Notes: generated from the letters alone by a model not told the origin. Positions 36,711 through 45,593 are shown, counted from the first letter of the stretch. The stretch: DNA of 64,000 nucleotides from an uncultured virus (IMG/VR IMGVR_UViG_3300009157_000020) (IMGVR_UViG_3300009157_000020); one strand, 5' to 3'. Numbers and translations: made by a program.

Positions 36711-37037
36711 ATGACCAACACGCCCATACACGACCTGTTCGTACACGACCTCGTTGCAGCTGAAAGCGACAAGCGGACGCTCGCCAAGGAAGCAGAGTGC
36801 GAAAGACAGAAACTCGTAGATGCTCTCACGATGTTACGTAACGTCGTCGAGAAAATCTTCCGTAGCGCTGACGATCCAACCGACGCAGACGAAATCGGTG
36901 ATCTCCGCAAACTCGTCGATGCCATCGACGATGCTGAGTTCCGATACACAATTTCCGCACGGGAACGCTCATACAGCATTCGACGTGCTGACCAACTTCG
37001 CCAACTCCTAGACGTCTACAAAACCTCGCACCCCTAA
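36711..37037 (+). CDS. helical hypothetical protein
   Basis: 108 aa after repeat 7. Confidence 0.7.
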   Translation: MTNTPIHDLFVHDLVAAESDKRTLAKEAECERQKLVDALTMLRNVVEKIFRSADDPTDADEIGDLRKLVDAIDDAEFRYTISARERSYSIRRADQLRQLLDVYKTSHP

Positions 37038-37040
37038 GCC

Positions 37041-37283
37041 ATGTACCTCATGACCATCACCTTCACCGACGACCAACTCGACGCCGTACAAGTTCGCGAC
37101 CGCTGGCTGTCACCACAAGAAACTCTCGACGCGCTGACCATGTGCCGCGCCACCCCGCTCGACGTACGCGGCGTTCGGTGGAAGACCGGCGGCACCGTGG
37201 CTGCACGAGCTTGGGAACGCGGCAACAGCCTTCGCATCGGCGCCGGTACGTACAGTGCTCTCACCGTCCTCACCGCGGAGTAA
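37041..37283 (+). CDS. hypothetical protein
   Basis: 80 aa ORF. Confidence 0.6.
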   Translation: MYLMTITFTDDQLDAVQVRDRWLSPQETLDALTMCRATPLDVRGVRWKTGGTVAARAWERGNSLRIGAGTYSALTVLTAE

Positions 37284-37288
37284 CCGAT

Positions 37289-37567
37289 ATGAACATCGAC
37301 GACAGAACCCAAGACGAGATCGAGACCGATGAGCTCATCGCCAACGATCGCAAGAAGATGGACGCCGACGAAGAGATCGAGAAGACCAATCTGGCACGTC
37401 TCGAACAACTCTGTATCGCTCGCAACGTCATCATGCTCTGCGAGTACCAGGTCGAAGCCGTGAAAGAAGCTCTCGATCGAAGCAACATCATCGAGGCTCG
37501 CTTCCAACTCGATCAGCTGCTCCAACGCGTCGAGGGCTTCCGAAAGGAGTTCCCGAACAGGCCCTGA
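37289..37567 (+). CDS. hypothetical protein
   Basis: 92 aa; GGAG RBS. Confidence 0.65.
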   Translation: MNIDDRTQDEIETDELIANDRKKMDADEEIEKTNLARLEQLCIARNVIMLCEYQVEAVKEALDRSNIIEARFQLDQLLQRVEGFRKEFPNRP

Positions 37568-37576
37568 AGTAACGAC

Positions 37577-37617
37577 CTGCCGTTCAGCCTCGGAGCTTGC
37601 TCTGCGGCTGCGGGCAG
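37577..37617 (+). repeat. leader hairpin family 2, copy 1
   Basis: CTGCC-GTT-CAGCCT..GGCTG-CG-GGCAG; matches 41892-41931. Confidence 0.7.
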
Positions 37618-37662
37618 ACCGTCATTTTCTCTCAGCAACCAAAACACACCATACAGACCATC

Positions 37663-38886
37663 ATGTTCAACGAAGCAATCTTCAAGACCCTGTTCTTCTC
37701 TCGCGGCGGCGTCGACCACTACGGCAACGCCAAGTGGGGGATCTCGCCTGCGTTCCACTGGGGTGCCCCCGGTGCCGGCAAGACCGAGATCGCCAACAAG
37801 CTCGCAAAGGTGTTCGGCTGCGACTTCATCCACCCGATCAACCTCGCGGACAACAGCCCCGCAGAGATCGGCGGCGCCATGTTCCCGCACGAGTCGCGGC
37901 AGTACTTCGAGCGGCTACCAGCGAAGTGGGTGTGGGAAGCCAACAACGCCAAACGTGCGCTCATCATCTTCGACGAGTTCGGTGACGCTCCGAAGTTGAT
38001 GCAGAGCATCGCACAGAAAGTGCTCAACGAGCGCATCGTCGGAGACACGAAGCTCAAAGGTCACGTCCGCTTCGCGTGCTTCGGCAACCCACCGGAGATG
38101 TCCACGAACGCCGAGGAAACCGGCATGGCCGTCGCCAATCGTGGCTGCCACTTCGAGCTCCGTGACAGCGTCGAGTTCCTCGAACGCTGGAAGACGTGGC
38201 TCATCGAGGATGCCGGCGAGGTTTTTCAACCCGAGCAGATCGACGCCGACGGTCTCGAAAAGACGATCAGCGAACATCACGGTGCTGACCTCGGCAACGC
38301 TGTCGGCACGGTGATCGCGTTCACGGACTTCCGGCACAAGGACCCGAAGCGGACGGCAGACAACCAGTATGGTTCGGCTGGCGTCATGCTCATCCCCCCG
38401 GAAACGGAGCGCAACCGTGCGTGGTCATCCTACCGCACGATGACGTTCATGACGCGGTGGCTCGCGGCTGCGCATCGACACGGCCTCAGCGAACTCGACG
38501 TCGATCGCGGCATCGCAGCGTTCGTCGGCGAAGCCATGCTCAAGGAGTTCTCCGCATGGAGATTCGAGCGCAAGGACCTGCCGCGCATCGAGGACGTGCT
38601 AGACGGCGTCGTCGCGTTCAAGCACAAGCACGATCGCCCCGACATCACGCTGCACATCCTCTCGGGTGGTTCGGCTGTCGCGTTCGCGACGAAAGACCAG
38701 AAGCTCAAGAAGGAGCGCGCCAAGATGTTGTGGTCGATCATGAAGGAGATCACTCGCACCGAGCCCGATCTCTGTTTCACCGCTGCAACGTCTCTGCAGA
38801 AGATCAACCTGGGAGGCAAGAACGAAGCACAGAGCTTCGTCCGAACCCACCTGTGGGACTGCAAAGACATCGTCGAGCACGCATGA
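37663..38886 (+). CDS. MoxR/dynein-related AAA+ ATPase
   Basis: Walker A GAPGAGKT, Walker B IIFDEF, FGNP, ANR. Confidence 0.88.
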   Translation: MFNEAIFKTLFFSRGGVDHYGNAKWGISPAFHWGAPGAGKTEIANKLAKVFGCDFIHPINLADNSPAEIGGAMFPHESRQYFERLPAKWVWEANNAKRALIIFDEFGDAPKLMQSIAQKVLNERIVGDTKLKGHVRFACFGNPPEMSTNAEETGMAVANRGCHFELRDSVEFLERWKTWLIEDAGEVFQPEQIDADGLEKTISEHHGADLGNAVGTVIAFTDFRHKDPKRTADNQYGSAGVMLIPPETERNRAWSSYRTMTFMTRWLAAAHRHGLSELDVDRGIAAFVGEAMLKEFSAWRFERKDLPRIEDVLDGVVAFKHKHDRPDITLHILSGGSAVAFATKDQKLKKERAKMLWSIMKEITRTEPDLCFTAATSLQKINLGGKNEAQSFVRTHLWDCKDIVEHA

Positions 38887-39083
38887 AGGCCACCATAGCA
38901 GTTGCGTGGCTCGAACGACCAGCGATGCGCCATCGCTGGTGCCGAGCAGCAAGCAAAACCACGCTCGATAGCCAAGACGTGGTCAAAACACTCTGTGGGT
39001 ACTACGTCATGTTGCCCACAGGGTTCTCCTACAACGTACTTCTAGTCGACTGCGAGGAGTGCCTCGCGAAAGCACGTCAGTGA
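38883..39083 (+). CDS. small zinc-finger protein
   Basis: H...TLCG...CEEC. Confidence 0.55.
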   Translation: MKATIAVAWLERPAMRHRWCRAASKTTLDSQDVVKTLCGYYVMLPTGFSYNVLLVDCEECLAKARQ

Positions 39084-40582
39084 AAAAATCCAAACTCACG
39101 GCCGCGCAGGTCATCTCGGTTGCTCGCGCCATCGCGTGCAAGTACTTCCCGTTCTACAGCGCAGCAATCTACGGGATGATCTTCATCGAGAACAATCGAG
39201 AACCAACGCTCGGTGTCACGGACAAAGCGGTCTGTTACTACAACACCGACTTCGTCCTCAAGCAGGGACCGAAGCTGATCGCCGCCGTCCTCGTTCACGA
39301 GGTCGGACATCTTCTTCGACAACACCACAAGCGCTTCCAGCGAATGCGACTCCCACCCGAGGCATGGAAGTTGTGGGGCATCGCGATCGACTGCGAGCTC
39401 AACGACGGCCATCCTCCACAGCTGCCGTTGCCGAACAAGTGCCTGCTGCCCGAGCAGTACGGGATGCCACCGCACAAGACTGCGGAAGTGTACTTCAAAC
39501 TGCTTCGAGCACAGCAGGAACAACCACCGAAACCACCTCCACCACAAGCATCGGATGACACCGAAGACTCGGACGAGCAAGACGAGGAGGGCTCGGACGA
39601 GCAAGACGAGGAGGGCTCGGACGAACAAGGCGAGCGGGACTCCGACAAAGACGGCGACTCCGACGGCGACTCCGACGGCGACTCCGACGGCGACTCCGAC
39701 AGCGACTCCGACAGCAGCGGGAGCTCCAACAGCGACGGTGACGGCCAGGAAGACCACGAAGACCATGGACCTTCCACAGGCCACTGTGGAAGCTGCAGCG
39801 GTCCTCGCAAGCCGTACGAGCCCAAGGACGGGAAGCACGAAGGCGTCGGACGCTCCGAGATCGATATGGAGCGGATCCGTGACCGCGTGGCAGACGACAT
39901 CGTCCAACACGCGAAGCGCCACGGAACGGGGACCAGCAACAGCCTCGTCGAGTGGGCCGCTGCTCGGCTCAAGCCGAACGTCGTGTCGTGGCAGCAACAA
40001 CTCGGCTCGTTGGCGCGGCAGAGCGTTGCCTTCCGAGAAGGCTTCCTCGACTACCGCGACGACTTGCCGAGCCCGCAGCAAGGCGTGCTCGGGTGGGGAC
40101 CGGATGTCCCGTTGTTGCCGAGACTCGTCGCGCCGATCCCCAAGGTGCTGTTCATGGTCGACCGCTCGTTGTCGATGGGGATCGTCGAGCTCACCCAGGT
40201 CGCACAGGAAGTACCCGCCGTCTTGCGGGCGTTGTCGACTCCCCTGCAGTTCGGGTCGTTTGACACCACCGTCAAGAAGATCGAGCGAGTGAGCTCCGTC
40301 GATGCAGCGCTCAAGTTGTTCATCGGTGGCGGAGGCACGGACTTCAACCCGATCTTCGACGCGCTCAAGCGGATGAAAGATCGCCCAAACGTGCTCATCA
40401 TCGGAACAGACGGCTGTGGACCCGCGCCTACACTCGCGCCAAGAGGCGTATCGGTCCTGTGGCTGTTGGTCGGCAAGCAGGCGCAGCGACCTCGTGCACC
40501 CAACGGGAAATTCATCTCGTGGGGCAAGTTCATCTACACCGACCCGGAACTCCGGGCCAAACACATCCTGCAAGCAGCATGA
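39080..40582 (+). CDS. DUF2201-like metallopeptidase plus VWA domain protein
   Basis: HEVGH, DCELN, acidic linker, MIDAS DRSLSM, GGGGTDF, TDG. Confidence 0.88.
   Translation: MKKSKLTAAQVISVARAIACKYFPFYSAAIYGMIFIENNREPTLGVTDKAVCYYNTDFVLKQGPKLIAAVLVHEVGHLLRQHHKRFQRMRLPPEAWKLWGIAIDCELNDGHPPQLPLPNKCLLPEQYGMPPHKTAEVYFKLLRAQQEQPPKPPPPQASDDTEDSDEQDEEGSDEQDEEGSDEQGERDSDKDGDSDGDSDGDSDGDSDSDSDSSGSSNSDGDGQEDHEDHGPSTGHCGSCSGPRKPYEPKDGKHEGVGRSEIDMERIRDRVADDIVQHAKRHGTGTSNSLVEWAAARLKPNVVSWQQQLGSLARQSVAFREGFLDYRDDLPSPQQGVLGWGPDVPLLPRLVAPIPKVLFMVDRSLSMGIVELTQVAQEVPAVLRALSTPLQFGSFDTTVKKIERVSSVDAALKLFIGGGGTDFNPIFDALKRMKDRPNVLIIGTDGCGPAPTLAPRGVSVLWLLVGKQAQRPRAPNGKFISWGKFIYTDPELRAKHILQAA
39568..39712 (+). repeat. 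in-frame tandem repeats in the acidic linker
   Basis: 24-nt unit (SDEQDEEG) about 2.5 times and 12-nt unit GACGGCGACTCC (DGDS) four times. Confidence 0.85.
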
Positions 40583-40764
40583 AACGAAAAAGCAAAATCC
40601 ATCCAAGACCGCTCGGACGATGTCCGAAATGCGGTCAACGAGAGTACCTCGACTCGCGAGGACGCCTCCTCGCCCACACGCGCTACAGAGCGTCCGGCAA
40701 TCCAGACGGGCGCTGTGAAGGTCGAGGACAACTCCCACACATCTGGAACAGAGGCGAAGAGTAG
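40579..40764 (+). CDS. small zinc-binding protein
   Basis: CPKCG...H...C. Confidence 0.55.
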   Translation: MKRKSKIHPRPLGRCPKCGQREYLDSRGRLLAHTRYRASGNPDGRCEGRGQLPHIWNRGEE

Positions 40765-40944
40765 ATGAACCCCGTCAACACACTCAACAAACGAGCCCAG
40801 CTTCGGCACTACATCCTCAAAGCACTCGACAACATGAGCGAAGCCGAAGATCGAAACGACGACACCGGCATGCTCGATGCTGCCCGCAACATCGAGCACC
40901 TTGCTCGCGAGCTCCGCGGGCACGCCGAAGAGCACGGACTTTGA
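40765..40944 (+). CDS. small helical protein
   Basis: 59 aa ORF not in the track (MNPVNTLNKRAQLRHY...). Confidence 0.5.
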   Translation: MNPVNTLNKRAQLRHYILKALDNMSEAEDRNDDTGMLDAARNIEHLARELRGHAEEHGL

Positions 40945-40970
40945 ACCCTCACACCACACAGACCAAGAAC

Positions 40971-41870
40971 ATGAACGCCAAGATCCTCAAACCCGAAAAC
41001 CTGATCGCGACCGACAACCCCAACGCCTTCGTGGGCGCCATCGTGATGTGGCACCTGACGGGAGATGTTCAACTTGCCGAACTACAAGCAGCCTGGAAAG
41101 CACGGACACTCGACGAAGAACTGCTTCCCGACCTGCCCTCTGCCGAGGTCTGCCTCACGCGGGCGATCGACGACTTCACGAGCGGGAAGATCTCGAAGAA
41201 GCGCATCAAGGGCGGCGGCTACCGCATCGACCTCGACAGGAACTACCTCGGGGATACCGCGGACATCGTCACGATCGGCAACGTGACACTCGACGAGTTC
41301 GACAAGCTCGTGTTCACGCGGTTCCAAGACCAGGAGATCTCCGACACGATCATCGAGAACTTCGACAAGCACAGCAAGCAGCTCTCGTCTCGGGACATCA
41401 GCCCGTGGCTCTGCATGAAGCTGATGAATCACTTCAAGGCGACGTCGCTCAAGAGCAACGGCGGCGTCTACTTCGTCCCACGCGAGCGCGTGGACGAGTT
41501 GCAGCGCGTACAGCAAGCCCTGCAGTCCGTGTCGCCCCATCGCATCTACACGGTCAAGGCCATGACCGACAACGAGGCGATCGACATGGTGGTCGACGCC
41601 ATCATGCGCGAAGCCGAGGCCGAGGCTTTGGCCGTCGAAGCAGACCTCGCCATCGAGGACAACGAAGAAACCGGTACGAAAGCTCTCGGTGTTCGAGCGC
41701 TCCGCACCCGAGTCGAGCTCTGCGACGAGATGATCGAGAAGGTGCGCATGTACGAAGACTTGCTCGACCGCAAGCTCGACGACGTGCGCAAACGTCTCGA
41801 CGATCTCAAGGACAAGTCGATGGAGGCCGCGCTGACGGCCGACGCGAAGAAGGAAGAGGAAGGGGAGTGA
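40971..41870 (+). CDS. DUF6744/DUF3150-like protein
   Basis: GAIVMWHL, GGVYFVP, Y.DLL; usual neighbour of AAA-VWA pairs in mobile elements. Confidence 0.7.
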   Translation: MNAKILKPENLIATDNPNAFVGAIVMWHLTGDVQLAELQAAWKARTLDEELLPDLPSAEVCLTRAIDDFTSGKISKKRIKGGGYRIDLDRNYLGDTADIVTIGNVTLDEFDKLVFTRFQDQEISDTIIENFDKHSKQLSSRDISPWLCMKLMNHFKATSLKSNGGVYFVPRERVDELQRVQQALQSVSPHRIYTVKAMTDNEAIDMVVDAIMREAEAEALAVEADLAIEDNEETGTKALGVRALRTRVELCDEMIEKVRMYEDLLDRKLDDVRKRLDDLKDKSMEAALTADAKKEEEGE

Positions 41871-41891
41871 TCTTCTTCCGCAGGTAATATC

Positions 41892-41931
41892 CCGCCGTTC
41901 AGCCTGGAAATCGTTTCCAGGCTGCGGGCGG
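41892..41931 (+). repeat. leader hairpin family 2, copy 2
   Basis: CCGCC-GTT-CAGCCT..GGCTG-CG-GGCGG with GAAATCGTTTC at the apex. Confidence 0.7.
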
Positions 41932-41952
41932 TATGAGACCGCACTCATCACC

Positions 41953-42297
41953 ATGTTCAAGCCCGACACACTGACCAAACTCTCCACGCTTGGCGAACAC
42001 GAAATCGTCTGGCTCATCGAGAAGGCCTACGAAGGTTTCGCGAAGGACTACTACAAGTATCTCGAACAATCGCGTCGTCTCGAAGGGTTACACGTGCCCG
42101 ACAGCATCCCTTCTCCATACCCCCACATTGCGGCGTCCAATCGCAACCGAGAAGACGAGAGGGAGAGCGCGCTCAAGAACACCAAGCAAGCGCTCAAGCT
42201 CTGCAACGTTCTCGACAGCGTGCTCAAGGACCTTCGAGAAGCTCACCACCAGCAGTTTGCACACGACATCGTCGAGTTCTTTCGGAGTCGTCCATGA
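41953..42297 (+). CDS. hypothetical protein
   Basis: 114 aa ORF. Confidence 0.65.
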   Translation: MFKPDTLTKLSTLGEHEIVWLIEKAYEGFAKDYYKYLEQSRRLEGLHVPDSIPSPYPHIAASNRNREDERESALKNTKQALKLCNVLDSVLKDLREAHHQQFAHDIVEFFRSRP

Positions 42298-42875
42298 GAA
42301 AGAAACGCATCAACCCCGACAAGCCGCTGCGGGAGCTGCAGCGGTGCATCAACAAGCTGAGCGACGAGCAGGGGCCCGTCGCTCGGCGAAACGCCCGTGG
42401 TGCTGTACTCGCTGAGCTGCGTCGTGTTCGAGCGTGGCTCGACGCGACGTACCCGAACCTGCAGACCAAGCAGACGCGAAAGAATAGGCAATCGAAACGG
42501 AAAGCACTCGACGGTTGGAAGCCAACGATAGGCGCCATCGAGCAGATATCGTTGCTCGCTGCGGGCATCCCTATGAAGATCTGGCGTCAACCTTCTAAGG
42601 CGGACAAGAAGGACATGATCGAGGTGAAGTACTTCCCAGCTTGGGCGGTCGAGATGCTGGACCATCCTCGCTGCACCAAGAGCATGCTGCAGAAGGCTCG
42701 ACGCAGCGTGGCGTTCAGAAAAGACATGCTCATGGAAGAGCACTTGAGAAAGCGCGGTCTCGAAGAGACCACCGAGAAGGTGATGAGACTCGCGAGGAAG
42801 AAGGCTCCACCGAGGATTTCTCAACTCCAACTCGGACAACAGATCCACAAAGAACTGGAACGAAGTCTGCCATGA
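42294..42875 (+). CDS. basic hypothetical protein
   Basis: 193 aa, ATGA overlaps. Confidence 0.65.
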   Translation: MRKKRINPDKPLRELQRCINKLSDEQGPVARRNARGAVLAELRRVRAWLDATYPNLQTKQTRKNRQSKRKALDGWKPTIGAIEQISLLAAGIPMKIWRQPSKADKKDMIEVKYFPAWAVEMLDHPRCTKSMLQKARRSVAFRKDMLMEEHLRKRGLEETTEKVMRLARKKAPPRISQLQLGQQIHKELERSLP

Positions 42876-43057
42876 GAGAAGAACTCACCCAACGCATGCA
42901 AGCCAAGGGGTACATCACCGTCGCAGAAGCTGCCAAGCAAGCAGGTGTTCCGCCGCCGACGATGTACAGCTGGCTCGATCGCAAACTCATCCGCTCCCGC
43001 AAGCTCGGTGGCGGACGCTACGTCCACGCACAGAGCCTCAAGGAGTACCTCAAGTGA
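42872..43057 (+). CDS. excisionase/MerR-like HTH DNA-binding protein
   Basis: YITVAEAAKQAGVPPPTMYSWLDRKLIRSRKLGG..YV. Confidence 0.8.
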   Translation: MREELTQRMQAKGYITVAEAAKQAGVPPPTMYSWLDRKLIRSRKLGGGRYVHAQSLKEYLK

Positions 43058-43305
43058 CCCAAGAACAACCCAAGTGGTCCTTCGTCGTTCGCGACAAAAA
43101 GGACGGTCACGCCGTTCTTACATCCGCGAAGAACATGCTCTGGTTCGGCAGCGGCGAAAACAAAACCGCAGCCAAGAAGGACGCCATCCAGCATGCATCG
43201 AAGTTTTCTGGCATCAACCCCAAGAGACTCTTCAGTGCAGGGGTTGGAATCGCAGAGAACAGAGCAGCAGAACATCTCGACTACACCGAACGGAACTCGA
43301 CATGA
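43054..43305 (+). CDS. hypothetical protein
   Basis: 83 aa, coupled to neighbours. Confidence 0.6.
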   Translation: MTQEQPKWSFVVRDKKDGHAVLTSAKNMLWFGSGENKTAAKKDAIQHASKFSGINPKRLFSAGVGIAENRAAEHLDYTERNST

Positions 43306-43745
43306 AGCACTACATCATCATGCTCTGCATTCTCTTCGGATGCGGAGACGACGAGGTCGGACCGCCACCCCTCGGGAGCGGTCCGTCCACCACACTGACT
43401 CACGACGACCCCACGTCGGGGACATCAAGCACGACAGAAGAACCAGAGGCCTGCCCCTGGAACGGGCAGTGCTCGTCACTGGAACAGATCGCCGAGTGCC
43501 CCACTTGGGCACTCGCGTGCGGCGACGGATGGCGGTGCATCGACACCGAGAAAGAGCTGGACATCGTCTGCGCGCTGCCGGAGGAGTCGAGTTCGAGCTC
43601 GGGGGGATCGAGCTCGGGTTCAAGTTCGTCGGGCTCGGACTCGTCGAGCTCAAGCTCGTCAGGTTCGGGGTCGTCGAGCTCGGGCTCATCGAGTTCAAGT
43701 TCATCGGGCTCCGGCTCTTCGTCGAGCTCGGAAGGTGGTGAGTAG
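43302..43745 (+). CDS. Ser-rich, Cys-containing putative lipoprotein
   Basis: MKHYIIMLCILFGC; poly-Ser/Gly C-terminal tail. Confidence 0.7.
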   Translation: MKHYIIMLCILFGCGDDEVGPPPLGSGPSTTLTHDDPTSGTSSTTEEPEACPWNGQCSSLEQIAECPTWALACGDGWRCIDTEKELDIVCALPEESSSSSGGSSSGSSSSGSDSSSSSSSGSGSSSSGSSSSSSSGSGSSSSSEGGE

Positions 43746-43747
43746 TC

Positions 43748-43981
43748 ATGCACACGTTCGAAGGCAAGAAAACACGAATCTTCTACAGTAGTGATCTCAG
43801 TGGCGACGTCATCGTCGTCGTTTCCAAGGAGACAACTCTAGAAATGGAAGTCCCTGGTCAAGACTTGCTCGACTTCGTCGCCGAACACGTTCGACAACAA
43901 CGCATCACACAGCTCGAAGACATGACCACCGAAGCACTTCTCGGACTTCCAACTCGTCGCGATACTCAACCAGCAACCTAA
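43748..43981 (+). CDS. hypothetical protein
   Basis: 77 aa ORF. Confidence 0.65.
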   Translation: MHTFEGKKTRIFYSSDLSGDVIVVVSKETTLEMEVPGQDLLDFVAEHVRQQRITQLEDMTTEALLGLPTRRDTQPAT

Positions 43982-43993
43982 GAAGAAACGAAG

Positions 43994-44374
43994 ATGAAGA
44001 AAAAGAAGGAAAAGAAGGAAAAACCACTTCTGTTGATGTCACCCGAGGAACGCGAACGAGCATTTGACGAAGTAGTCCTAGATCTCGATGAGGAATTGCT
44101 CCGTTCTGCTCGGGATAACAAAGAAAAATATGTCACCCTCATCATGGTGGTCCTTATCAGCAGGAGAGAGCCTGCCATCGTTGTTCAGACCTTGGATTAC
44201 GGCGATGACGAAGGTAGAGAAAGGATGGATGAAGCCGTCCGACGTTATCTCCAATATGATCTGTTACAAGAAGGCGAGCATCTAGAAATCAAAGAAGTCT
44301 GTCTAGAAGCATCCGATATGCTCGCCCGTGCAACATTGTCGAAGACTTCAAAAATTCATCACATCAAAAGCTAA
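43994..44374 (+). CDS. hypothetical protein, lower GC
   Basis: 126 aa ORF with AT-richer codons. Confidence 0.6.
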   Translation: MKKKKEKKEKPLLLMSPEERERAFDEVVLDLDEELLRSARDNKEKYVTLIMVVLISRREPAIVVQTLDYGDDEGRERMDEAVRRYLQYDLLQEGEHLEIKEVCLEASDMLARATLSKTSKIHHIKS

Positions 44375-44375
44375 A

Positions 44376-44414
44376 GAAAAAGCCCCCAGCCCCCGCGCTG
44401 GGGCTTTTTCTTTT
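44376..44414. terminator. bidirectional intrinsic terminator between convergent units
   Basis: A-tract, GCCCCCAGC..GCTGGGGC hairpin, T-tract. Confidence 0.8.
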
Positions 44415-44423
44415 GGTTGTCAA

Positions 44424-44951
44424 TTACTTCACCAAGCGTTCGCGGAAGAACCGAGCCGCGGCGAGCGAGTTCTGCACGTCTCCCATCGCTCGATGGGCCT
44501 TCACTTGTTTCGGGAAGTCGACGCCTATCCACTGCCCGATCTCGTAGAACGCCGAGACGTCGAACTGCCGGTAGTGCAGCTTCGAGAGCGACAACGGCAA
44601 GTACTTCGCCATGAACGATCTGTCGAAGTGCACACTCGAACCAGCTAGTCGGAGCGGCTCATCGACCGTATTCTCGACGATGAACTTCTGCAACGCCTTG
44701 TCGACCTCTTCGAGAGTCTCCCCATCGTGATAGGCGACCGCGACCTCGTCGAGCAAGCCGCTCTCGGTGTGTTGCTTCCACGCCCACCGTGTCATCGGCA
44801 AACTGTCGATGTCATGCCCAACGTTGCGATGAAACTTCGAGAGCTCGACGAGGTCGATGCTCGTGGTGGTCGCCGCCACCTCGATGACAGGGACGCGTTC
44901 GGGGTCGAGGCCCCCGGTTTCGAGGTCGAGCCAGAGATGTCTTGCTTTCAT
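44424..44951 (-). CDS. orn: oligoribonuclease-like DEDDh exonuclease
   Basis: WLDLETGGLD, HTESGLL, LAGSSVHFDRSF, LHYR..DVS, HRAMGD. Confidence 0.88.
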   Translation of the reverse strand: MKARHLWLDLETGGLDPERVPVIEVAATTTSIDLVELSKFHRNVGHDIDSLPMTRWAWKQHTESGLLDEVAVAYHDGETLEEVDKALQKFIVENTVDEPLRLAGSSVHFDRSFMAKYLPLSLSKLHYRQFDVSAFYEIGQWIGVDFPKQVKAHRAMGDVQNSLAAARFFRERLVK

Positions 44952-45580
44952 GATGCTCCTTTCGCCGCTCTCGCGGACACGTTGACGTCTTTCCAGATCT
45001 TCAATCCAGGAATCTTCGCCTCGGCACCGTGCTCGGCGATGTACGCCGACACGGCATCGTCGTCGAGCTTGAGGAACTCTCGCGGGACCTCAGCGAGGTC
45101 GACGAGCTTGTACTTCACCACGTCGCTGACGCCTACACCCGGGACCTTGTGGACCTTCGCTTCGGTCGCGACCTGCATCGCTGCGCTCGCCCCCAACTTG
45201 TCGCCGTGCATCGAGGCTTCGCCGGCGATCTCCAACGCTGCTTGCATCTCGATGCGCTTGCTAACGTGGTACTCGCCGATGCGCTTCTTGAGCTTGTTCT
45301 CGGCCTTCTCGTAGTGCTGGATCGCCGGTCGAAACCAACCCTCGACGAGCCGGATGACCTTGTAGAGCGGCCCCGTTGCCTTCGAGCGCTCGCCTTCGAG
45401 TACCTTCTTCTTGGTCCTGATCTCGACGAGCACGCCTCCAGCGAAGTCGAGGTCGTCCTGCGTTTCGAGGACCATGTCGTCGATGGACTTCAAGATCTCG
45501 CTGGCCTCACCCGCCTCGGACTGCGCCTGCGTTTGGAAGACAGCGAGATGTTCCGTTTTGATCGTCTTGAGCTCGGTCAT
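44948..45580 (-). CDS. coiled-coil phage protein of the replication/recombination module
   Basis: 210 aa ending VPREFL...IPGL; GGAG RBS. Confidence 0.7.
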   Translation of the reverse strand: MTELKTIKTEHLAVFQTQAQSEAGEASEILKSIDDMVLETQDDLDFAGGVLVEIRTKKKVLEGERSKATGPLYKVIRLVEGWFRPAIQHYEKAENKLKKRIGEYHVSKRIEMQAALEIAGEASMHGDKLGASAAMQVATEAKVHKVPGVGVSDVVKYKLVDLAEVPREFLKLDDDAVSAYIAEHGAEAKIPGLKIWKDVNVSARAAKGAS

Positions 45581-45593
45581 GCTCTCTCCTTGT

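Noticed and set aside
43585..43735. Repetitive TCGAGCTC-type DNA as a repeat element
   Set aside because: Explained by the poly-Ser/Gly coding tract of the lipoprotein.
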